From positions 1,488,001 to 1,552,000 of the forward strand of contig MU008167.1 in the NCBI GenBank assembly GCA_010909165.1: a DNA stretch of 64,000 bases. Reading direction: 5' to 3'. The stretch comes from Anthoceros angustus. Its lineage: Eukaryota > Plantae > Anthocerotophyta. Position numbers and translations under genes: made by a program. Of the stretch, positions 1 to 12,734 are shown one piece after another; positions within the stretch are counted from its first letter, which is position 1, and every line of letters begins with the position of its first letter. Under the pieces are notes generated by a model. The model had not been told where the DNA came from, searched no databases, and worked only from the letters and a program-made list of their open reading frames with translations.

Positions 1-2000
1 CACTTCTGGATTGATTCCTCCCTTCAGCTTATGAGATGCCTATTGCCTACCCTTATCAGAAGATATACTATGTTTGTCCTCTGGTGTCTGTCGCTTCTCA
101 TGATGTTTATGGAAGGCACCACTGAAATCTGACAGGGAACAGTGGGGAGCATCTTGCGATGAAGGCTGTGAGGTCTTGAATGGCTCTGGGCTGCCACATG
201 TCATGTCATAGAGAACTCTTTCCAACCAGTTGACGTTGTTTCCATGGTATGATGCTCTCTCGAAAGCAAGGGTGTTGAATGAATCTCAGCACATGGATTC
301 TAGTCTTGGGTTTCGGTAGGAAGTAAGGGAAGAGATTGGAGACATCAGACTCCAGGGTGTCGAGGTCCTGAAGATGGTCAGTACTTGTTTTACAACATCC
401 TGAGGCTGAGCTGGCGTGTCCTGAATTCTGAGCACTTGGTTGCCTTCCTTGTCTACTATCAGGCTGAGACACCCACTCACCTTATGAGCACAGAGCAGCA
501 TACAGAAAACAAAGGGGATGAATCTTATGATTTGAAAGGCTTCCCTTCCGACACCAAAAAGACGGGGGCATGGAGAGCCTCTCTATTCTTCTTCGCCGGC
601 ACGCCATTTTACCGCCACAGGAAGCCCTTTCACTCGCTGTCAGGAAGCGATCCATTCCCCGTCCGGCGGATGCCAGCTTATGAGATCTCCTTCAAGCAAG
701 CAACAACGCAACCGACCTTGGGGTAGTAACCTAAACCATCTCCCAGCAAGCAGGACTTCACATCTAGACGCAAGCTTGCAAGTTCCATACCTCCTTCTTC
801 AGCTCCTCTTTCAATGCAGCTGTTCCATACCTTCTTCTTCACCTCAGACAGTTTCAATAAACTCGAACTTGGAGGGCGTTGAACGAAGTCCAGCACATGT
901 GAACTCGCAAGGAAAACCCCGGGTCAGTTCCCGCTGTGTGGGCGTGCCAGTTTCCATTCCATTACATATTTGAGATTAATGTGTGCGACAAGTTTGGTTA
1001 TTGTTGCTCTTGTCACCTTTCTTTTCCAGTTGAACCTTAGAAGATCGTCCCACCACCTTGGAAGACCATCCTTCCCACCATCTGGATGACTTGACAAAGC
1101 GACCAGGGTGAGTGTCCGAATCTGGACAGAAAATTCCCAGAGTGATTCGGCCAGTCAGTTGCTCGGCCGCTGGAGGAGACATACGGCTGCCGGCACGATG
1201 CATGTGCCGAGGAAAGGTATCAACTGCTTGCCTGTGCAACATGCTACAGGACAATGGACGTGTTTCCCGAACAGCGCATTTAATAGTGGTTATTATGTGC
1301 ACGCGATTTTACAATCAGGAATATTGTTTCACTTTTTCCACTTGCTCTAGCTCCTGCAGTCTCTTGATTCTCTGCTGCACGGATTCCTATCTTACTTTTT
1401 GAGGACACTTCTGGATTGATTCCTCCCTTCAGCTTATGAGATGCCTATTGCCTACCCTTATCAGAAGATATACTATGTTTGTCCTCTGGTGTCTGTCGCT
1501 TCTCATGATGTTTATGGAAGGCACCACTGAAATCTGACAGGGAACAGTGGGGAGCATCTTGCGATGAAGGCTGTGAGGTCTTGAATGGCTCTGGGCTGCC
1601 ACATGTCATGTCATAGAGAACTCTTTCCAACCAGTTGACGTTGTTTCCATGGTATGATGCTCTCTCGAAAGCAAGGGTGTTGAATGAATCTCAGCACATG
1701 GATTCTAGTCTTGGGTTTCGGTAGGAAGTAAGGGAAGAGATTGGAGACATCAGACTCCAGGGTGTCGAGGTCCTGAAGATGGTCAGTACTTGTTTTACAA
1801 CATCCTGAGGCTGAGCTGGCGTGTCCTGAATTCTGAGCACTTGGTTGCCTTCCTTGTCTACTATCAGGCTGAGACACCCACTCACCTTATGAGCACAGAG
1901 CAGCATACAGAAAACAAAGGGGATGAATCTTATGATTTGAAAGGCTTCCCTTCCGACACCAAAAAGACGGGGGCATGGAGAGCCTCTCTATTCTTCTTCG
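1..2000. repeat. Direct duplication, 1-595 = 1406-2000 (offset 1405 bp), covering the NPF upstream region and exon 1
   Basis: Sequences appear identical by eye; ORFs 40..225/1445..1630 and 206..472/1611..1877 are identical; identity ends at ...TTCTTCTTCG (595/2000). Confidence 0.95.
484..726 (+). pseudogene. Chimeric, internally deleted NPF/PTR relic
   Basis: MSTEQH...WRASLFFF (exon 1 of the gene at 1889) is joined in frame to AGTPFYRHRKP, a mid-protein NPF motif, then runs into unrelated sequence and a stop at 726. Confidence 0.75.
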
Positions 2001-4501
2001 GTGAGCTAAATATTGCACCACAACCTGTACATGGCTGATCATGTCACTGTGTCCGTCACCTGTCCTTCAGCTGTTGGTTGAAACTGGCAGCACTTGCTGG
2101 TCAATGCAGGCATAGAATTCGGAGATACTGTTGGGCACCTGGCCATTGCCTTCAACCTGGTGCCCTATCTGGTGATCAACCTTCATCAAAGCAATGCGTA
2201 TGCCGCCACGACTTTCCAGAACTTCATGGGCACTTCCTACATCCTGCCGACAATCGGAGCATTCATTGCAGACTCCTACTTGGGCCGGTATTGGAGCATT
2301 GCAGTGGGCGCTGTCATTTACACCGCGGTAAGCACGACCTCCAAAGAGTCATCCATGGGTGCATCTTGTGTTGGCCAGATGTGATAATCTCAAAGGCCGT
2401 AATTTTGTACCATGGCAGGGGCTGTTGCTGCTCACTCTATCCACAACCATCACATCCCTGAAGCCCCAAGAGTGCACACCAACTCTGACACAGCCATGCC
2501 AACCCGCACACGGCAAGGTCATGGCAGTGTTCTTCGCTGCCATATACTTGGTGACGGTGGGAGCTGCTGGGGTGAAGCCTTGTGTGCCATCTATGGGCGG
2601 TGACCAGTTCGATGAATCCATTCCTGAAGAGAAGATCCAAAGGCCCAAGTACTTCAACCTCCTCTTCTGGGCTTTGCAGGCTGGCTCCCTGCTTGTCCTA
2701 ACAGTCATCGTCTACATCCAGGTATTTCTCGTACCCACCACAGCTGCTGCCCCACTGAATCACCTCGTACACAGCTTCAAGACTCTGCTTGGATCTGCAA
2801 TTCTGCAATGCAGCTGATGAGCACTGTTTTCCCTGCTGCACACCTTGTCAACAGGACAACCAGGGCAGGACTTGGGGCTTCGGAGTCCCCAGCGTCATCT
2901 TCGTGATCACCGTCCTCATCTTCTTCGCAGGAACACCATTCTACAGACACAAAAAGCCTGCAGGAAGCGGATTCACCAGAATGGCCCAAGTCTTGGTGGC
3001 ATCTCTCCGGAAGACCTTTGTAACCCACCCTGCCGACAGAAATGCCCTCTACGACAGCACCGACAAGAACGTAGCCCTGAAGGGAAGAAAACTCGCCCAC
3101 ACACACGCATTCAGGTCAGATGACCATCACTCCTTCATCATCACATGCTGCCCCTTCCTGCCATCATTTCCAATTCCCTTCCCCCTCCTTCTCACGTGCC
3201 TCCTGTTGCAGGTTTCTCGACAAGGCAGCAGTCGTGAGAAGCGGTGACTTTAACCCAGACGGCACACCAACAAGCCCATGGAAGCTGTGCCCCATCTCCC
3301 AAGTAGAGGAAACCAAGCGAGTGCTCCATGTCATACCCATCTGGCTCACCACCATCATCCCGTACTGCCTCTTCGCCCAGATCTTCAGCTACACCGTCAT
3401 CCAGAGCATCAGCATGAACCGCCACTTGGGGCCCAACTTCCAGATCCCCTACGCCTCCTTCAGCGCCTTCAGCTTCATCTTCGCCAGCATCGTCCTCCCC
3501 ATCTATGACCCAGTGCTCATGCCCCTCCTCCGAAAATTCACAGGTAAACACCCACTACCATCTTCAAAGTCTTCTTACAGGTTGCTCTCCATCCACTATG
3601 CTTCGCAAATGCACCCCCCCCCATCCAAGTCCTTTTACAAGCTTATCTCCGCCTTCTGTGATCCACAAATCTGTCTTCGCATCTGTGTCCTGTCATGCTG
3701 TCTTGCATCCTATACTGATGATCTTTCCGGCCATGAAAAAATTGAACATAAAATTTGAAAACATGATTGATGCCCAATAACACAGGTTGTTTGTTTGTTT
3801 GTTTGTATTATCGTGCAGGCAACCCGAAGGGCATGAGCACGCTCACCAGAATGGCGGTGGGGCTATTCATCTCCATCTTCTCCATGGTATCCGCAGCCTT
3901 AGTCGAGCAGAAGCGCAAAGGCGTGGCGCGCCGGGCGGGCCTCCTGGACAACCCGCTGCAACCTGTGCCCATCAGCGCGTTCTGGCTGGTTCCCCAGGTG
4001 GTGTTACTGGGGGTAACGGAGGTGTTTCTCTCCGTCGGGCAGCTCGATTTCTTCTACGAGGAGATGCCGGACGGGATGCGGGCCATGGGCACCGCGTTCT
4101 TCTGCTCCAGCGTGTCCGTGGGCTACTTCATCTCCAGCTTCATGGTGACCACGGTGACGCGAGCCACCCGGCACGGCAGCTACGGGGGCTGGCTGGCGCA
4201 GAATCTGAACCGGGGCGACCTCCAGAACTTCTACTGGACGCTGGCCGCCATGTCTGTCGTGAACCTCGGCTTTTACTTCCTGGCCGCCAAGCTCTACTCG
4301 TACAAGCGGGTGGAGGCCTTCCCCCGGCTGGACGGGGTTCGCCTTGATCCGGCCCGGGATTCCGTTGATTCCACATCTTCCGTTGCGACTGCTCCCAGAG
4401 CTTCCGATGTTCAGCTGCTCAAGAACCCGCAGTCGCAATCGGACGGTAGCTCCAGCCCCTGGCTTCACGTCACTTCACAGCATCAGCCAAGAATCGAGTG
4501 A
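1889..4501 (+). CDS. NPF: NPF (NRT1/PTR, POT family) transporter, 6 exons
   Basis: Exons about 1889-2000, 2110-2327, 2419-2721, 2855-3114, 3212-3543, 3819-4501, all GT-AG. Motifs FIADSYLGRY, GVKPCVPSMGGDQFD, GTPFYRHKKPAGS, QVEETK, FWLVPQ, GQLDFFYEEMPDGMR. Confidence 0.93.
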
Positions 4502-5162
4502 ATGCAGCACAAGAAGAAACAAGAAATTAAGTGAATGAATTGTATGTTAAGTATCCAGTTTCATAAATTACATATCTATATGTGTATCATACACAGGCAA
4601 ATTGGATGGCCTATAAAGATAGGGAGGATGGAGGTGGGAGGACCAGTGAAAAGTGGTCAGAACCTAAGAGCTATGTTCCATAACATAAAGCTATAGTCAA
4701 AAAATAGAGATCTATGCTCAAAATAATGAAAATATATTTAATAAAAAATAAATATTTGAGAGAATAGAGAATTAAATTTAATCAAATAAAAGGCTATATC
4801 TGATAAAATTAGAAAATTAAGTTTTATGAATAACAATGTGAAAAAATAATATTTGATAATAGTTGACTAAAAATAATGGATAGAAATTTAGACCTATCTA
4901 CTAGTAGAGTTACTAAGCTGAGGAAGCATTGTCAGCAAAATGAAGTTATCTCATCTAACTTATTATCAGTAGCTCAGAATTTTGGATCATAAGAGAGGTT
5001 ATTGTATATTTGAAAAATACCTAAAACCCTAATCAAGAAGATGAGCACTCTCGGTAGCTTCAATACATTGTAACATTTATTCTATTTATTATCATAAATA
5101 GATTGTTATATATATATTTATATTAAAGTAGATATTTACATCCTTGATGGTGCAGGCCACTG

Positions 5163-5506
5163 CTGTGACAAATATTGCTAGCAATCTCAAAACAATGAGT
5201 TCATAGGGTCTCTGTAATATATATAACTAGCAATCTCAAAAAGTTGAGTTCATAGGGTCTCTGTGATATATATTGCGAGCAATCTCAAAACGATGAGTTC
5301 ATAAGGTCTTTGTGACATATATTGCTAGCAATCTCAAAACGATGAGTTCATAGGGTCTCTGAGACAAATATTGCTAGCAATCTCAAAACGATGAGTTCAT
5401 AGGGTCTCTGTGATATATGTTGCGAGCAATCTCAAAACGATGAGTTCATATGGTCTCTGTGACATACATTGCTAGCAATCTCAAAACGATGAGTTCATAG
5501 GGTCTC
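5163..5506. repeat. Tandem array of 7 x 49 bp
   Basis: GCAATCTCAAAA recurs at 5181, 5230, 5279, 5328, 5377, 5426, 5475; units contain or approximate the palindrome ATTGCTAGCAAT; no unique spacers. Confidence 0.93.
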
Positions 5507-7003
5507 AAATTAACATTCGTCTAATATATTTTTGTTGTCCTAAAAGTTTTTAAAAGTTTCGGTAAGTCTTTGAAGTTTCTTTCCTTCTAGTTATCCTATA
5601 TGATTATGATTGAAACATGATGGAATATAGATTATTTTGAGTATTTTTACTGGATCAAAATTTTCATCTTGTATTATTGAGTTTTGTTGCGGGCCCATGG
5701 AGACGTGCCGGTCGGTGATGGGCGGTGTTTTAGCTTTCCCAAGATCACAGAGAGTGTGACATCAAGTTTCTCATGTATGTTAACTATGATGCTTTTAATT
5801 TGATGGAAGTAAGACGTATAGTTGAGTTTTATGCCATGTCAAGAAGATATCGATTCTGGATCAAGTTGTGGCAGCGTGTAAACCTAGCATGTTATAATTG
5901 GCTGACATAATATAATATTGTTAAAAACTAATTGAGAATATATATGATCATAATATATACACATGCAATTAAGTAATGTGTTCAGGTAAATAACATACAA
6001 CGGTGATGTGAACATAATATAGCCGTCATTTTAAAAGGCACGTAAACTTCCGATTCTTCCTCCAATTGCGCACCAGCAAGTACGCAGCGACGTGGGAATC
6101 AAACGGTCCGAATGCCCTAGAAGATATAAAAGGCCCCTCGCTCTCCTTCGCGTGTCTTCTTCCTTCGGGCGGGTAGCCAGAAACCAGTCTGCCTCTCCAG
6201 CTTGCGTCTCTCAGCTTCTCGCATTGCGAATGTACAGGTCCGGGGAAAGCTGTCCATCTGAAGCCACAAGTTAAGACGTCTTGGACCCTCTGCTGGGCCT
6301 GCCCAGCAAAATTTTGTAGATTTGCTTCAAGAGGAAGAAGCTTGCCCGAGTTGCCGTGCTGCAGGGATTTCCATCCGGGAACTTGAAGCTGCTTCAAGAT
6401 ATCGAAAAAGGGTGAACGTCAAGCTCGTAAGGAGAGCAGAAGGTGAGTCATTGTGCCCGGTTGTTGAGGAATGGAATGGAATGGAATGGAATGCACAGTG
6501 ACGGCGCCTGGATGCCGTGTTGTTACCTTGCCCTTGGAACTGGTGCTGATAACAACTGAAGGAGAAAGCTTAATCCTGTGGGGTATAAGGGGAACTTCGA
6601 GCTTGCAAACATTAAGAACCTTGAAGGGAAACGTTTGTTCATGCCGCAGAAAGTGAGTGCCTTGCAAGCCTCTTGTGTTGAAGAGAGAGAGCTGTAACGT
6701 GCAGAACTCGTTGTGGGTTGTAAGCAGCGGCTTACAACCGACGGCAGAGAGAAGGAATTAATTTGTGGGCTTGTGGTCTTAGACGTTAAACATTGTTGGG
6801 TGACGAGAAGAGAGAAGCTTGGAAGTGCAGCTGCCCTGGTTGGATGTAGCAAGCTTGCAATTTGTCTGACGGCGGTGTTTAATTTTGCCTAAGTGCAGGA
6901 ATTAGCAGCCGGTTCATGTGTGCCTGGCACGCATTGCCAGGCTTCAGAGGGCTGCAGCACGAAGGTATTCCCGGCGCCAGATTTCAAGTGGACCAAGATC
7001 GAC

Positions 7004-9736
7004 ATGTCCAACACCATGACACCGGAGGTATCTAGGTCCCGTAACGCTTGCAAGCACATGGATACATTCCTACACGCTTTGGATCAAGCAGGACCTGTAC
7101 ATCTGTGCGTCTCGGGGCTGAAGTCGATTTGGAACTGAAAGGATTTTGTGATGGCAGGATCAGTTGTCGCTGCGGTCCATAGACGATGAGTCGATGGACT
7201 GGACGGGGCTGCCTGCCGAGAAGAGCCAGTCGGGAACATGGAAGTCGTCTCCATTCATTTTCGGTAAGTTTTCTGGGTCTCCGCAGAATCGAAGGTACGC
7301 AAGCTAGCTCTGACAGGACTGGACATTGCAGTTTGTGAGCATTGCTGTGGTGATTAATTCGGGTGATTTCTGGTGTCCAGTTCTGCATTTTGGAGACGCT
7401 GTTGCCTCCTTGTCTGTTGCATCGAATCTGGTGCCCTACATGCTGCTGTCGCTGCATCAGAGCACCCAAAAGGCGTCCACAACTTACACCAACTTCATGG
7501 GAGCTTCGTACTTGATGCCCTTGGTTTGGGGATTCCTGGCTGACTCGTACCTTGGGCGGTATCGAACACTTGGACTCTCCTCTCTGGTCCTCATCTGGGT
7601 AAAGAGCTTCTGATGTGTTGAAAAGATGCGCAATGTAGCAATACAATGTTGCAAGCACTACACATCAAAAGAAATGTCTCAGAATAGGGAAGCCAGCGTG
7701 CCCTCGATAAGGAAGTTAACATATTTGCATGTATGGATGCCAGGGGATGTTGGTGTTGTCCATGTCGACATCACTGGAGAGTCTGAAGCCTCCACCTTGT
7801 GTACCATCCGAGCCCTGCGGGCCAGCACAGGGCCAATCCATGGCTGTGTTCTATGCTGGGCTTTACATGATCTGCATAGGGTCGGGAGGGATCAAGCCGT
7901 GCACACCCTCATTTGGAGGAGACCAATTCGACGATTGTGACCTAGAAGAGAAGAGGCAGAGGCCTCTCTTCTTCAATCTCCTCTTCCTGTCTCTGCAGCT
8001 GGGGTCTTTGATCGTGCTGACGCTGATCGTCTATGTTCAGGTATCACCATTCCTGTATGAATTCATATCGCCCATGGATGCCACCAGTTAGCAAGTAATC
8101 TCAGCGTTGGAAGCTTCCGGAAATTTCTTGCAGGACAACGTGAGCAGAACTGTAGGATTCGGGATTCCAGGAGCTCTATTTCTGGGCTGTGTGGTATTCT
8201 TCTTTTTGGGCACGCCGATTTACAGGTACAAGAAGCCTGCCGGAAGCGGGTTCACTCGAATCGCACAGGTGGTTTATGCTGCTATGAGGAAGCGGTCTGA
8301 GCCCTTCCCTGCCCACCACAACCGCCTGTATGACATCCCGGATAAGTATCTGACGTCAGAAATGAGAAGACGAGAGCTTCCCCACACAACCAGCTTCAGG
8401 TTCACAAGATTTCTTCATGGGTGCATGAAATTTCAACACATGCATGCAATGTGGACATGCCAAACAACTAAAATGCATGGTCACAAAACGTATTCTTGCA
8501 ACTTTATTGTTGACATTCATGAAAAATGCAGGTTCTTGGACCGAGCAGCCATCGTCACGGAAGCAAGCAGCATCCACCTCAGGGACGAAGGCATCGTGCC
8601 CATAAGCCCCTGGAAGCTCTGCCCTGTGACACAAGTGGAGGAGGTGAAGCAGGTGCTGAGAATCATCCCCATCTGGATCACCAGCGTCCTCCCCTACTGC
8701 CTGTTTGCCCAGGTGAGCAGTTATACCGTCGTCCAGACCTTCTCTCTGGACCGCCACATCGGGAGCTTCACCATTCCACATGCCACATTCAGCATCTTCA
8801 CCGTCGTCACAGCAGGAATCATCCTATGCCTCTTCAACCCTGTGCTGGTGCCTCTTACCCGCCTCATCTCAGGTAAGACTACTATGGATCTCATGAACAA
8901 CACAAACAAGTTCTTCTCATGTTATATGATGTCTGAAGCTCATGTATCAGTAAAGACTAGCCTGAACAACGACAAGAACAGAAACAAAGTTCTACTCATG
9001 CAAGTGAAACGTGTGAGATTCATGCAAGTCCATGTGAGAAATAGCAAGTTCTATTGGTTCTATATGTGACATTTTGGTGATGCCATGTGATTGTGAACAA
9101 CTGTGCTAGCTGAAATTTTGCACTGTTAGCACAAACATTAAGCATGATTTTATTTGATTGCACTTGGAAGCAGGCAATCCGAGAGGCATCACCACATTGC
9201 AGAGGATGGGAGTGGGCATGGTGACATCAGTATTCGCCATGGTGGCAGCCAGTGTGGTGGAGATTAAGAGGAAGGCCATAGCAGCGGAAGAAGGGCAACT
9301 GGACAGCCCAATGATGCAGCTGCCCATGAGTGCTTTCTGGCTGATTCCCCAAGTGAGCATTCTGGGGATAACCGAAGCCTTCTTCATGGTAGGGCAGATG
9401 GAGTTCTTCTACGACGAGATGCCAGACAAGATGAGGTCGACGGGGGAAGCCTTCTTCTGTGCAGCCATCGGAGTGGGCTACTTCCTCACATCCTTCCTCA
9501 TCACCGTCGTGTGTCGACTCACCAGGAACGGATCCCACCAGGGCTGGCTGGCTCCCAACATCAACCAAGGCAACCTGGAGAACTTCTACGGCCTGCTTGC
9601 CATCATGTCCATAGCTAACACCTGCTTCTTCCTCATCGCTGTCAGGTCCTACCAGTACAAGAGGACCAGAGAAGTTCCTCCTGGAGAACGCCAGCCTTCC
9701 CGCCCATACACCGTTGTCCACCAGCCCGCCGTGTGA
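7004..9736 (+). CDS. NPF: NPF (NRT1/PTR) transporter, second paralogue, 7 exons
   Basis: Exons about 7004-7027, 7158-7263, 7381-7598, 7744-8040, 8134-8399, 8532-8872, 9174-9736, frames consistent. Motifs FLADSYLGRY, GIKPCTPSFGGDQFD, GTPIYRYKKPAGS, QVEEVK, GQMEFFYDEMPDKMR. The 24-nt first exon is less certain. Confidence 0.9.
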
Positions 9737-10129
9737 AGCATAGTCTCCATCGATCCCACAATGAACCATGAACTGATAGTTCAGAATTTCTTTTGCTAGT
9801 TAGATTTTTTGACTTTTTCTTCGCAACTAAATTAAATAATTACATATATTAATTCATTATTTTTAAATTGATATAATTTTTAATTAAAATAAAATTGGAA
9901 AAGAAACCCAAAAATACAGTGAATTTATTTATTTGTTGTTACATTTATGTGCACATGTGGTTTGCACGAGGGAACCTGACATGCCCCTTGATAGCAGGAA
10001 TCTTACCCATGAGACTTTTTGTTTTGTATAAAAATATTGACTTTTTGTTTTGTATAAAAATATTAACATCTTTCGTGACTCTTGTTTTTTTTTCTTAAGG
10101 TTAGTTTCTATGTCTAATTGTACTTGTGA

Positions 10130-11990
10130 CATGTAAAAGAGTGTGAAGCTCCTTTGTGCTTCTTGGAGATGCTTGAGGATGGAACATCTATATCTCAAAA
10201 GGAATTCCATGTCTTTAAGTTTGGTGACGATTGATATGAAAATAAAAAGAAGCACAAAGAATTGAGAGTTGAAAAAACTCGAGGTAGTCGTTCTCCACCT
10301 ACTATGCTCTCTGGAGTAATTTCTCCGAGATGCTTTGAGGATGCAGCATCTATATTTCAAAAGGGATTATGTGTCTTTGAATTGGCTGATGAGTGATATG
10401 AAAATAAAAAGGAGGAGGAGGAATTAAGAGCTAGGCAGCCTCAAGCCAACTAGTGCATAAGGTTAGTGCTGACCGGAAACATGGGGTCAATTTTGTCGCA
10501 AACCAATCCGCCAGTTATTACTGATTCAATATCATTTGATAGAACTTGAGGAGATCTAAAGGAACATAATGATGCCATGTATGTATTATTTTGAGTCACT
10601 ATAGCAACAATTTCATGTGAAAGAAGGAACACGGGCCTTGAGTAATTCTATAGCTTCGAAAAAGCGAGGTCAATTTCTCATAGATCACTAAGCCAATTGT
10701 TAATGTTTTGATGTCTTTGACGAAAGGAACATAATGATACTATGCTTATATTTTTTTTGAGTCACTGTAACAACGGATACATGTGAAAGAAGGAATGCCG
10801 ACCTTGAGTAACTTTGCAGCTTTGGAAAGTACTCCGTTGTTTGAAACCCCAAGGTTGTGCTTTTGCCGCTATTATCATTGCCTTGTGGTTAGGACGAGTT
10901 TCATGCAGACCATATCCTTCTACCAAGATCTGTTTTGATCACTGTCTACAAATGCATCAAGTTGCAGTTCAAGCTTGAGGAGGCGTTGATATAAGTTGTG
11001 GGTACTCTAAATTTGGAATTTTGAACATTTGTATCATGTCACATTCGCTTAGAGTAAAAATTGCAGTGCTGTATGTTAAAATCAATGTTGGAGCATAAGT
11101 ACAAGTGTAGAGGCTTATAGAACATGGTGTTGGCTCTCAAGTGCAGTTTGGTTGGCACAAGAGTTGAAGAACTATTATAAGTGCTCTTTGCTAGCAGTCT
11201 TTACAGCAATAGATTTTGTGAACACACATTGAGTAGGCATTGAGCAAGGCCTCAGATAGTCAAGTTGTGCAGGTCCTGGAGTACGTGCCTGCAATGAAGC
11301 ACAAGTCTCTAAAAAATGGCATATAGATATGCAAACCTAAAAGTAAATTCCAACCTTTGTGGAGAAGGATTCGGGAGGCAGTAGAGTGTGAATCTGGTTA
11401 CAATTATTTCATCACACCTTAGAGGAAGCTGGAGTTACATTCATCAAGTGTGAATTAGTTTGTGGTGGGCTTCTTTTCATGAACTTCCATTCGCAAGAGG
11501 AGTGGTTTTCCCATTTATCTCCTTAGTGTGATGTTGGAATACAGGAAAGGAACGTAGAGACTTCATAAATATGCAGAGATGAGAAGTCTCGTCTACACCG
11601 GGGGAATAGAGGGTCTTAGGCCACGGGTGAACTAGCCCTCTATTGTCTACCCTGAAGCTACTTGTCGCTCCCAAGGAAGCCAAATTCGATGTTATTCAAG
11701 ATGAGAGTAAAAGAGTTCATTGTTAAGCAACCTTGCAGTCAGATTACTACTGGGATGAAGCATCTCCCACCAGGTTACTCCGTCCCTTGGTGGCTTGCTG
11801 GTTTTGAAGCCCTTCATGACCGCCTGAAATATGTCTATGTCATCTCGCTTGCAAAAAGGGCTGCTATTGTAATGGTTTGAAGTCCTCCGGGGTCGCCTCA
11901 TGCATGATGTTTGATGTAAGGTTCTTCGAGGTCCTCTAAATTACATGAAATATAAATACCCGATCAAATTCACAAAAAGAAAAAATCTTA
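10130..11990. mobile_element. Degenerate repetitive / TE-like remnant
   Basis: Diverged direct repeat pairs (about 10160-10260 vs 10325-10415; 10555-10670 vs 10720-10830); right end resembles 59325-59405; no recognisable transposase motif. Confidence 0.3.
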
Positions 11991-12734
11991 GAGCGGTCTC
12001 AATTCGAGTATAATAAAATAAAATAAAAATTTCACTCTCACTTTTAGTATAATAAAACAAAATAATATGAACTGCTACTTTATCAAATTATTATAGATTC
12101 TGCATATGTTTTCTTGTTTTTATTTGCTATAAGCACATTCAACAAAGAATGCTACTCTCTATAACGTGGCTAGTCCATATTCGTCGATTTTCCCTACATA
12201 CGGCCAAACCCTCTTGCAGATAAAACAATTGCATGTTTGCTCAACTAACATGGCTCACAAACTTATGAAAATATTCCGGTTGTGAAGGTTGATGCCCGAC
12301 CCTGTCCTCAGTAAAACCTGTACAAAGCAGGATTCGTGCAACTTCCCCAGTCGGTCCGGAACGGGGAAAAAGCACTTTCCCGCTGAAAAACGATGGCACT
12401 TTTCTCGAATTGCTTCAGGCAGGCCAGGTTTCACCGAGGTTGGGACGGGGTGTATAGTCCTGTACCTGTAAAGGCCGTAGGAGTCCGAGGCCTGAAGGAC
12501 TGCCGGCTCCAGGCGCAGCCTTCGTTGGTGAATCCCGAATGGGATGCGGAAGCCTAGCAGGTGCTTGTGGACAGGCGGAGCCGCTGCGGGAAGGATGCTG
12601 AAGCCAGGAGCTATAAGAAGCAGCTGGCGAGCTCACATTGAGACCATTGGCATTGGATAGTTGAGCTTTGAAGGCGTTGGACAGTTCTCGGAGCGATGGT
12701 GTCCTGCAGACCTGTGGCATTCAAGGGAGCGGCA

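Noticed and set aside
730-1400. Short ORFs between the duplicated NPF starts
   Set aside because: No recognisable domain or splice pattern.
5163-5506. CRISPR-like array (also 22460-22872)
   Set aside because: Head-to-tail repeats without unique spacers, no cas genes, eukaryotic context.
5700-6900. LTR or separate gene upstream of NPF-B
   Set aside because: A TATA-like box and short ORFs are present, but no paired LTR, PBS/PPT or recognisable protein motif could be supported.
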